From positions 1,178,001-1,242,000 of the forward strand of contig CDPCPM010000018.1 of assembly GCA_976551045.1 (NCBI GenBank): a DNA stretch of 64,000 nt, written 5' to 3'. Under the pieces are notes generated by a model, which did not search any database, was not told where the DNA came from, and saw only the letters and a program-made list of their open reading frames with translations. The translations under genes were made by a program, and so were the position numbers. Below, one piece after another: positions 41,201 to 53,200 of this stretch (position 1 is its first letter; every line of letters starts with the position of its first letter). Origin of the DNA: Glaucostegus cemiculus (taxonomy: Eukaryota).

Positions 41201-44200
41201 ATTTATTGAGAGACTTCCTGTTGGCATAAGGTAACTAGTAAGCAAGTGTTTGACAGGTCATTCACATTTTTCCTCCAGACATTGATGAATGTGCAACCAA
41301 CACATCGAACTGTCAACAAATCTGCACCAACACAATCGGAAGCTTCCTGTGCAGTTGTAACCCTGGCTTCAGTGTCAACGTGACCAATGCTTCGATTTGT
41401 GATGGTAGGAATACGCAAATAGATAGTTTCCAGCAAATTGCAAAGAATATTGAATGTGGCAGTTGGGTCCCATAGGTTCTCCTACTCTCTGAACCAAATG
41501 AATTCTGCTAGCGCAACAATGAAAGATACAGAATATCAGTTCATCCTCAGTCAGTTTTAACTATTGAGATATTTCTGCAGCAGAAAGAATATTAACAATT
41601 AAGGAAAATTATAATATCTGAAGGAATGAACGTTTGCACAATTTTTAATCCTGTGTTTTTGAATTCCAAATTGAGAATTTCCAATTTACACAATGGCTTG
41701 TATTTCACGAAAGACAGTGTAAGATGTGTAGGCATTCTGACGTGAATGATAATCGTAGTGAAGAGTGTCATGGGCTCAGGATGTTAATTTGTGTCATGTC
41801 AAATTAATACTTCTGAGGAAGGCTATGCAAGAATTGTCATGCACCTGTAAAGACATATCATATTCTCCATACTCTGTCACCATATTGAGCAAAAAAGATT
41901 CAGCCGGCAATTACAAGTGACATAAATGTGATTGGATAAAAGTGATTGAGTTGTCGTTCCATTATTCCCCGCAGACATCGATGAATGTGCAACCAACACA
42001 TCAAACTGTCAACAAATTTGCAGCAACACAATTGGAAGCTTCTTTTGCGGATGTAATCCAGGCTACAGCATCAATGTGACCAATAGTTCAGTTTGTGATG
42101 GTGAGATATTTCCCAACCATTTATTTTCTCTGACATGGAAAATATAATTGAATGTGTCATTTAAAGTCAAGGTGGTCCAGGAATGAACACAGTCACATTA
42201 AAATTGGATGAAAGGCTAGAGATTTTCCTTTCGATTCCTCTGTGCAGCCAAAAATTTAATTCAGTTCAATTGTCAAAGTCCAGGACCTCTATCTGACCAT
42301 TGGTTACAAAAGATCAAAATTCGTTTCATGTTATCCTGTGAATCATAAAAGTAGAAGCTGCAATGTCAAATAAATTCAATAAACTTAGCTGGTGATGGTT
42401 TTTATTATAATGGAAATGTATTTTGAGAATCATTGCCCTCTACTGTTGTTACTGTGCAGGGCATCCTTCACGCCATTGTAGAGCATAACATTTATTGAGA
42501 GACTTCCTGTTGGCATAAGGTAACGAGTAAGCAAGTGTTTGACAGGTCATTCACATTTTTCCTCCAGACATTGATGAATGTGCAACCAACACATCGAACT
42601 GTCAACAAATCTGCACCAACACAATCGGAAGCTTCCTGTGCAGTTGTAACCCTGGCTTCAGTGTCAACGTGACCAATGCTTCGATTTGTGATGGTAGGAA
42701 TACGCAAATAGATAGTTTCCAGCAAATTGCAAAGAATATTGAATGTGGCAGTTGGGTCCCATAGATTCTCCTACTCTCTGAACCAAATGAATTCTGCTCC
42801 CGTAACAATGAAAGATACAGAATAACAGTTCATCCTCAGTCAGTTTTCACTATTGAGATATTTCTGCAGCCGAAAGAATATTAAAAATTAAGGAAAATTA
42901 TAATATCTGAAGGAATGAACGTTTGCACAATTTTTAATCCTGTGTTTTTGAATTCCAAATTGAGAATTTCCAATTTACACAATGGCTTGTATTTCACGAA
43001 AGACAGTGTAAGATGTGTAGGCATTCTGACGTGAATGATCATCGTAGTGAAGAGTGTCATGGGCTCAGGATGTTAATTTGTGTCATGTCAAATTTATACT
43101 TCTGAGGAAGGCTATGCAAGTATTGTCATGCACCTGTAAAGACATATCATATTCTCCATACTCTGTCACCATATTGAGCAAAAAAGTTTCAGCCGGCAAT
43201 TACAAGTGACATAAATGTGATTGGATAAAAGTGATTGAGATGTCGTTCCATTATTCCCCGCAGACATCGATGAATGTGCAACCAACACATCAAACTGTCA
43301 ACAAAATTGCAGCAACACAATTGGAAGCTTCCTTTGCGGATGTAATCCAGGCTACAGCATCAATGTGACCAATAGTTCAGTTTGTGATGGTGAGATATTT
43401 CCCAACCATTTATTTTCTCTGACATGGAAAATATAACTGAATGTGTCATTTAAAGTCAAGGTGGTCCAGGAATGAACACAGTCACATGAAAATTGGATGA
43501 AAGGCTAGAGATTTTCCTTTCGATTCCTCTGTGCAGCCAAAAATTTAATTCAGTTCAATTGTAAAAGTCCTGGACCTCTATCTGACCATTGGTTACAAAA
43601 GATCAAAATTCGTTTCGTGTTATCCTGTGAATCATAAAAGTAGAAGCTGCAATGTCAAATAAATTCAATAAACTTAGCTGGTGATGGTTTTTACTATAAT
43701 GGAAATGTATTTTGAGAATCATTGCTCTCTACTGTTGTTACTGTGCAGGGCATCCTTCACGCCATTGTAGAGCATAACATTTATTGAGAGACTTCCTGTT
43801 GGCATAAGGTAATGAGTAAGCAAGTGTTTGACAGGTCATTCACATTTTTCCTCCAGACATTGATGAATGTGCAACCAACACATCGAACTGTCAACAAATC
43901 TGCACCAACACAATCGGAAGCTTCCTGTGCAGTTGTAACCCTGGCTTCAGTGTCAACGTGACCAATGCTTCGATTTGTGATGGTAGGAATACGCAAATAG
44001 ATAGTTTCCAGCAAATTGCAAAGAATATTGAATGTGGCAGTTGGGTCCCATAGATTCTCCTACTCTCTGAACCAAATGAATTCTGCGAGCGCAACAATGA
44101 AAGATACAGAATATCAGTTCATCCTCAGTCAGTTTTCACTACTGAGATATTTCTGCAGCAGAAAGAATATTAAAAATTAAGGAAAATTATAGTATCTGAA

Positions 44201-47200
44201 GGAATGAAAGTTTGCACAATTTTTAATCCTGTGTTTTTGAATTCCAATTTGAGAATTTCCAATTTACACAATGGCTTGTATTTCACGAAAGACAGTGTAA
44301 GATGTGTAGGCATTCTGACGTGAATGATCATGGTAGTGAAGAGTGTCATGGGCTCAGGATGTTAATTTGTGTCATGTCAAATTTATACTTCTGAGGAAGA
44401 CAATGCAACTATTGTCATGCACCTGTAAAGACATATCATATTCTCCATACTCTGTCACCATATTGAGCAAAAAAGTTTCAGCCGGCAATTACAAGTGACA
44501 TAAATGTGATTGGATAAAAGTGATTGAGATGTCGTTCCATTATTCCCCGCAGACATCGATGAATGTGCAACCAACACATCAAACTGTCAACAAATTTGCA
44601 GCAACACAATTGGAAGCTTCCTTTGCGGATGTAATCCAGGCTACAACATCAATGTGACCAATAGTTCAGTTTGTGATGGTGAGATATTTCCCAACCATTT
44701 ATTTTCTCTGACATGGAAAATATAATTGAATGTGTCATTTAAAGTCAAGGTGGTCCAGGAATGAACACAGTCACATTAAAATTGGATGAAAGGCTAGAGA
44801 TTTTCCTTTCGATTCCTCTGTGCGGCCAAAAATTTAATTCAGTTCAATTGTAAAAGTCCTGGACCTCAATCTGACCATTGGTTACAAGAGATCAAAATTC
44901 GTTTCATGTTATCCTGTGAATTATAAAAGTAGAAGCGGCAATGTCAAATAAATTCAATAAACTTAGCTGGTGATGGTTTTTATTATAATGGAAATATATT
45001 TTGAGAATCATTGCTCTCTACTGTTGTTACTGTGCAGGGCATCCTTCACGCCATTGTAGAGCATAACATTTATTGAGAGACTTCCTGGTGGCATAATGTA
45101 ACTAGTAAGCAAGTGTTTGACAGGTCATTCACATTTTTCCTCCAGACATTGATGAATGTGCAACCAACACATCGAACTGTCAACAAATCTGCACCAACAC
45201 AATCGGAAGCTTCCTGTGCAGTTGTAACCCTGGCTTCAGTGTCAACGTGACCAATGCTTCGATTTGTGATGGTAGGAATATGCAAAGTCATAGTTTCCAG
45301 CAGAGTGTAAAGAATATTGAATGTGGCATTTGCGTCGCGTAGATTCCCCTACTCTCTGAACCAAGTGAATTCTGCTACCACGTCAATGAAAGATACAGAA
45401 TATCAGTTCATCCTCAGTTAGTTTTCACTATTGAGATATTTCCGCAGCAGAAATAATATTAAAAAATAAAGGAAAATCATAATATGAGAAGGAAGGAAAG
45501 TTTCCACAATTTCTAATCCTGTGTTTTTGAATTCCAAATTGTGAATCTCCAATTTACACAATGGCTTGTATTTCACCAAAGACAGTGTAAGATGTGTAGG
45601 CATTCTGAAGTGAATGATCATTGTAGTGAAGAGTGTCGTGGGCTCACGTGGTTAAGTTGTGTCATGTCAAAGTAATACTTTTGTGGAAGGTAATGCAAGT
45701 ATTGTCAGGCACCTGTAAAGACATATCATATTCTCCATACTCTGTCACCCTATTGAGCAACAAATTTTCAGCCGGCAATTACAAAAGACATAAAAGTGAT
45801 TGGATAAAAGTGATTGAGAAATCGTTCCATTATTCCCCGTAGACATCGATGAATGTACAACCAACACATCAAAGTGTCAACAAATTTGCAGCAACACAAT
45901 TGGAAGCTTCCTTTGCGGATGTAATCCAGGCTTCAGCATCAATGTGACCAATAGTTCAGTTTGTGATGATGATATATTTCCCAAGACATTTATTTTCTCT
46001 GACTTGGAAAATAAAATTCAATGTGTCATTTAAAGTCAAGGTGGTACAGGAATGAACACAGTCACATTAAAATTGGATGAAAGGCTAGAGATTCTCCTTT
46101 AGATTCCACTGTGCAGCGAAAACTTTAATTCAGTTGAATTGTAAAAGTCAGGGACCTCTAACTGACCATTGGCTGCAAAAGATCAAAATTCGTTTAATGT
46201 TATCCTGTGAATGATAAAAGTAGAAGCGGCAATGTCACATCGATTCAATAAACTTAGCTGGTGATGGTTTTTATTATAATGAAAATATATTTTGAGAATC
46301 ATTGCTCGCTACTGTTGTTACTGTGCAGGGCATCCTTAACGCCATTGTAGAGCATAACATTTATTGAGAGACTTCCTGTTGGCATAAGGTAACTCGTAAG
46401 CAAGTGGTTGACAGGTCATTCACATTTTTCCTCCAGACATTGATGAATGTGTAACCAACACATCGAACTGTCAACAAATCTGCACCAACACAATTGGAAG
46501 CTTCCTGTGCAGTTGTAACCCTGGCTTCAGTGTCAACATGACCAATGCTTCGATTTGTGATGGTAGGTATATGCAAAGTCATAGTTTCCAGCAGATTGTA
46601 AAGAATATTGAATGTGGCAGTTGGGTCCCATAGGTTCTCCTACTCTCTGAACCAAATGAATTCTGCTAGCGCTACAATGAATGATAAAGAATATCAGTTC
46701 ATCCTCAGTCAGTTTTCACTATTGAGATATTTCTGCAGCAGAAGGAATATTAAAATATAAAGGAAAATTATAATATCTGAAGGAATGAAAGTTTCCACAA
46801 TTTTTATTCCTGTGTTTTTGAATTCCAAATTGTGAATTTCCAATTTACACAATGGCTTGTATTTCACGAAAGACAGTGTAAGATGTGTAGGCATTCTGAC
46901 GTGAATGATCATCGTAGTTAAGAGTGTCATGGGCTCAGGATGTTAATTTGTGTCATCTCAAGTTAATACTTCTGTGGAAGACAATGCAAGTATTGTCATG
47001 CATCTGTAAAGACATATCATATTCTCCATACTCTGTCACCAGATTGAGCAACAAAGTTTCAGCCGGCCTTTACAAATGACATAAAAGTGATTAGATAAAA
47101 GTGATTGAGATGTCGTTCCATTATTCCCCGCAGACATCGATGAATGTGCAACCAACACATCAAACTGTCAACAAATTTGCAGCAACACAATTGGAAGCTT

Positions 47201-50200
47201 CCTTTGCGGATGTAATCCAGGCTACAGCATCAATGTGACCAATAGTTCATTTTGTGATGGTGAGGTATTTCCCAAACATTTATTTTCTCTGACTTGGAAA
47301 ATCAAATTGCATATGTCGCTTAAACTAAAGTGGTCCTGGAATGAATACAGTCACATTAAAATTGGATGAAAGGCTAGAGAATTTCCTTTTTATTCCACTG
47401 TGCAGCGAAAACTTTACTTCAGTTCAATTGTAAAAGTCAGGGACCTCTAACCCACCATTGGTTACAAAAGATCAAAATTTGTTTCATGTTATCCTGTGAA
47501 TGATAAAAGTAGAAGCGGCAATGACACATAGATTCAATAAACGTAGCTGGTGATGGTTTGTAATATCATGGAAATATATTTTGAGAATTATTGCTCTCTA
47601 CTGTTGTTACTATGCAGGGCATCCTTATGGCTATTGTAGAGCATAACATTTATTGAGAGACTTCCTGTTGGCATAAGGTAACTCGTAAGCAAGTGTTTGA
47701 CAGGTCATTGACTTCTTTTCCTCCAGACATTGATGAATGTGCAACCAACACATCGAACTGTCAACAAATCTGCACCAACACAATCGGAAGCTTCCTGTGC
47801 AGTTGTAACCCTGGCTTCAGTGTCAACGTGACCAATGCTTCGATTTGTGATGGTAGGAATATGCAAATTCATAGTTTCCAGCAGAGTGTAAAGAATATTG
47901 AATGTGGCAGTTGCGTCGCGTAGATTCCCCTACTCTCTGAACCAAGTGAATTCTGCTACCGCGTCAATGAAAGATAAAGAATATCAGTTCATCCTCAGTT
48001 AGTTTTCACTATTGAGATATTTCCGCAGCAGAAATAATATTAAAAACTAAAGGAAAATCATAATATCAGAAGGAAGGAAAGTTTCCACAATTTCTAATAC
48101 GGTGTTTTTGAATTCCATATTGTGGATATCCAATTTACACAATGGCTTGTATTTCATGAAAGACAGTGTAAGATGTGTAGGCATTCTGAAGTGAATGATC
48201 ATCGTAGTGAAGAGTGTCATGGGCTCAGGTGGTTAAGTTGTCTCATGTCAAAGTAATACTTTTGAGGAAGGTAATGCAAGTATTGTCTTGCACCTGTAAA
48301 GACATATCCTATTCTCCATTGTCTGTCACCATATAGAGCAACAAAGTTTCAGCCGGCAATTACAAATGACATAAAAGTGATTGGATGTTCAGTTTGTGAT
48401 GGTGAGATATTTCCCAACCATTTATTTTCTCAGACTTGTAAAATGAAATTGAATGTGTCGTTTAAAGTCAAGGTAGTCCAGGAATGAACACATTCTCATT
48501 AAAATTGGATGAAAGGCTAGAGATTTTCCTTTTGATTCCACTGTGCAGCGAAAACTTTACTTCAGTTCAATTGTAAAAGTCAGGGACCTCTAACCGACCA
48601 TTGGTTGCAAAAGATCAAAATTCGTTTCATGTTATCCTGTGAATGATAAAAGTAGCAGCGGCAATATCACATAGATTCAATAAGCTTAGCTAGTGATGGT
48701 TTGTAATATCATGGAAATATATTTTGAGAATCATTGCTCTGTACTCTGCATTGTTACTGTGCAGGGCATCCTTAAGTCTATTGTAGAGCAGAACATTTAC
48801 TGAGAGACTTCCTGTTGGCAGAATGTAACTAGTAAGCAAGTGTTTGACTGGTTATTGACTTCTTATCCTCCAGACATTGTTGAATGTGCAACCAACACAT
48901 TGAACTGTCAACAAATCTGCACCAACACAATCGGAAGCTTCCTGTGCAGTTGTAACCCTGGCTTCAGTGTTAACGTGACCAATGCTTCGATTTGTGATGG
49001 TAGGAATATGCAAATTCATAGTTTCCAGCAGATTGCATAGAATATTGAACGTGGCAGTTGGGTCCCATAGATTCTCCCTCTATCTGAACCACGTGAATTC
49101 TGCTACCGCAACAATGAAAGATAAAGAATATCAGTTCATCCTCAGTCAGTTTTCACTATTGAGATATTTCTGCAGCAGAAAATGAATGTCACATAGATTG
49201 CATAAATCAGTTGGTGATGGTTTGTAATATCATGGAAGTATCTTTTGAGAATCATTGCTCTGTACTCTGCATTGTTACTGTGCAGGGTATCCGTAAGTCA
49301 ATAGTAGAGCAGGACATTTACTGAGAGACTTCCTGTTGGCATAAGGTAACTCGTAAGCAAGTGTTTGACAGGTCATTGACTTCTTTTTCTCCAGACATTG
49401 ATGAATGTGCAACCAACACATCGAACTGTCAACAAATCTGCACCAACACAATCGGAAGCTTCCTGTGCAGTTGTAACCCTGGCTTCAGTGTCAACGTGAC
49501 CAATGCTTCGATTTGTGATGGTAGGAATATGCAAATTCATAGTTTCCAGCAGAGTGTAAAGAATATTGAATGTGGCAGTTGCATCGCGTAGATTCCCCTA
49601 CTCTCTGAACCAAGTGAATTCTGCTACCGCGTCAATGAAAGATAGAGAATATCAGTTCATCCTCAGTTAGTTTTCACTATTGAGATATTTCCGCAGCAGA
49701 AATAATATTAAAAAATAAAGGAAAATCATAATATCAGAAGGAAGGAAAGTTTCCACAATTTCTAATCCTGTGTTTTTGAATTCCAAATTGTGAATCTCCA
49801 ATTTACACAATGGCTTGTATTTCACCAAAGACAGTGTAAGATGTGTAGGCATTCTGACGTGAATGATCATCGTAGTGAAGAGTGTCATGGGCTCACGTGG
49901 TTAAGTTGTGTCATGTCAAAGTAATACTTTTGAGGAAGGTAATTCAAGTATTGTCAGGCACCTGTAAAGACATATCATATTCTCCATACTCTGTCACCCT
50001 ATTGAGCAACAAATTTTCAGCCGGCAATTACAATAGACATAAAAGTGATTGGATAAAAGTGATTGAGAAATCGTTCCATTATTCCCCGTAGACATCGATG
50101 AATGTTCAACCAACACATCAAAGTGTCAACAAATTTGCAGCAACACAATTGGAAGCTTCTTTTGCGGATGTAATCCAGGCTTCAGCATCAATGTGACCAA

Positions 50201-53200
50201 TAGTTCAGTTTGTGATGATGATATATTTCCCAATACATTTATTTTCTCTGACTTGTAAAATAAAATTCAATGTGTCATTTAAAGTCAAGGTGGTCCAGCA
50301 ATGAACACAGTCACATTAAAATTGGATGAAAGGCTAGAGATTCTCCTTTAGATTCCACTGTGCAGTGAAAACTTTAATTCAGTTGAATTGTAAAAGTCAG
50401 GGACCTCTAACCGACCATTGGCTGCAAAAGATCAAAATTCGTTTCATGTTATCCTGTGAATTATAAAAGTAGAAGCGGCAATGTCACATCGATTCAATAA
50501 ACTTAGCTGGTGATGGTTTGTATTATAATGGAAATATATTTTGAGAATCATTGCTCTCTACTGTTGTTACTGTGCAGGGCATCCTTAACGCCATTGTAGA
50601 GCATAACATTTATTCAGAGACTTCCTGTTGGCATAAGGTAACTAGTAAGCAAGTGTTTGACAGGTCATTCACATTTTTCCTCCAGACATTGATGAATGTG
50701 CAACCAACACATCGAACTGTCAACAAATCTGCACCAACACAATCGGAAGCTTCCTGTGCAGTTGTAACCCTGGCTTCAGTGTCAACATGACCAATGCTTC
50801 GATTTGTGATGGTAGGAATATGAAAATTCATAGTTTCCAGCAGATTTATAGCATATTGAATGTGGCAGTTGGGTCCCATAGATTCTCCTGCTCTCTGAAC
50901 CAAATGAATTCTGCTACCGCAACAATGAAAGATACAGAATATCAGTTCATCCTCAGTCAGTTTTCACTATTGAGATATTTCTGCAGCAGAAAGAATATTA
51001 AAAAATAAAGGAAAATCACAATATCTGAAGGAATGAAAGTTTCCACAATATTTAATCCTGTGTTTTTAAATCCACATTTTGGATTTCCAATTTATGCAAT
51101 GGCTTGTATTTCATGAAAGACAGTGTAAGATGTGTAGGCACTCATACGTGAATGTTCATCGTAGTGAAGAGTGTCATGGGCTCCCGTGGTTCAGTGGTGT
51201 CATGTCAAATTAATACTTTTGAGGAAGGCAATGCAAGTATTGTCATGCACCTGTAAAGTCATATCATATCCTCCATACTCTGTCACCATATTGAACAACA
51301 AAGTTTCAGCCGGCAATTACAAATGACATAAAAGTGAATGGATAAATGTGATTGAGATGTCGTTTCATTATTCCCCGCAGACATCGATGAATGTGCAACC
51401 AACACATCAAACTGTCAACAAATTTGCAGCAACACAATTGGAAGCTTCCTTTGCGGATGTAATCCAGGCTACAGCATCAATGTGACCAATAGTTCAGTTT
51501 GTGATGGTGAGATATTTCCCAATCATTTATTTTCTCAGACTTGGAAAATAACATTAAATGTGTCGTTTAACGTTAAGGTGGTCCAGGAATGAATACAGTC
51601 ACATTAAAATTGGATGAAAGGCCAGACATTTTTATTTTGATTCCACAGTGCAGCTAAAACTTTACTTCAGTTGAATTGTAAAAGTTAGAGACCTCTATCC
51701 GACCATTGTTTGCAAAAGATGAAAATTCGTTTTATGTTATCCTGTGAATTATAAAAGTAGAAGCGGCAGTATGTCATAACACAGCCATATCAGCCAAGGA
51801 AATGTAAATGTTTAAGTACTCTGTTGCCAATGATGAATGTCACGTAGATTGTGAATATTCGGCTCGTAATGGTGTGTAATATAGGGGAAATATATTTTGA
51901 GAATCATTGCTCTGTACTCTGCATTGTTACTGTGCAGATCATCTTTAAGGCTATTGTAGAGCACAACATTTATTGAGAGACTTCCTGTTGGCATAAGGTA
52001 ACTAGTAAGCAATGTTTGACAGGTCATTCACTTCTTTTTCTCCAGACATTGATGAATGTGCAACCAACACATTGAACTGTCAACAAATCTGCACCAACAC
52101 GATCGGAAGCTTCCTGTGCAGTTGTAACTCTGGCTTCAGTGTCAGTGTGACCAATGATTCGATTTGTGATGGTAGGTATATATATAGTCATAGTTTCCAG
52201 CAGATTGCATAGAATATTGAATGTGGCAGTTTGGTCCCATAGATTCTCCTACTGTATAAACCAAATGAATTCTGCTACCATAACAATGAATGATAAAGAA
52301 TATCAGTTCTTCTTCTGTCAGTCTTCACTTTAGAGATGTTTGTGCAGCAGAACAAATATTAAATAATAAAGGTAAATATTAACATCTGAAGGACTGAAGG
52401 CTTCCTTTGCGGATGTAATCCAGGCTTCAGCATCAACGTGACCAATAGTTCCGTTTGTGATGGTGAGATGTTTCGCAGTTCTTTTCTTGTATTTGCAAAA
52501 TCAAATTGAAGAAATTTGAAATTGTGGTGGACCACTTTTGAAATTGAGATGGACCAGGAATGAAGTTAGTCACATTAATATTTGATGAAAAAGGATACTT
52601 CTTTCTCTGTAATGCTATGGCCTAGTTATTAATTTAATGCTGAATTAATTTTGAAAATCAAAGTATAATGTTTTATCTTATGGTAGTTAAGAATCTAAAT
52701 TCTCTGCATGTTACCCTGTGAAATACAACTGCAATTCACTTCATTACTGCCATTTTACCAAACGGTATGGAAACTTCAATGTACTCTGTTGCCATTCTGA
52801 ACATAGAGAATAGTGGCACAAAGTCAGTTCATAATGGTTTATATTGTCACGGAAATATAGTTGAGAAGCACTGCTCCATACAGTGTGTTGCCACTGTACA
52901 GGGCATCCTGAAATCTATTGTAGATCAGAATGTTAATTGAGAAAGTTCCTGCTGGCAAAGGGAAATGCTAAACAAATGTTTGATATGTCATGCACTTCTT
53001 TTCCTCTAGACATTGATGAATGTGCCACCAACATATCCAACTGTCAACAAATCTGCACCAACACAATCGGAAGCTTCATTTGCAGTTGTAATCCTGGGTT
53101 CTGCAGCAACCTGGACAACCCTTCAATTTGTGATGGTAGTAATTTACAAGCTCATTGTTTCTCACAGAGTGCAAAGAATATTAAATGTGGTAATTGGGCC

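Larger units (their letters stand above)
600..52500 (+). repeat. Tandem array of ~1290-bp dimer units (exon A - ~570 bp intron - exon B - ~467 bp intron) with ~520-bp A-only variant units
   Basis: Periodicity e.g. 15860/17150 and 16453/17743 (1290), 41279/42568/43857/45146 (1289); introns near-identical between units. Confidence 0.97.

Noticed and set aside
3141-50903. Recurrent 73-97 aa minus-strand ORFs ([22 protein letters not shown]...) and plus-strand MLRFVMVGI... ORFs
   Set aside because: Antisense or alternative-frame shadows of exon A and its intron. They recur only because the DNA is repeated, have variable starts and stops, and show no recognisable domain.
691-52171. CRISPR-like repeat/spacer or prokaryotic repeat system
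   Set aside because: Repeats are 126-bp coding exons with splice sites, the 'spacers' are themselves repeated introns, and the context is vertebrate with no cas genes.
691-52171. V(D)J-like or Dscam-like diversification cassettes
   Set aside because: No heptamer/nonamer RSS pairs were noticed. Copies are nearly identical rather than diversified, so length rather than specificity seems to be the variable.
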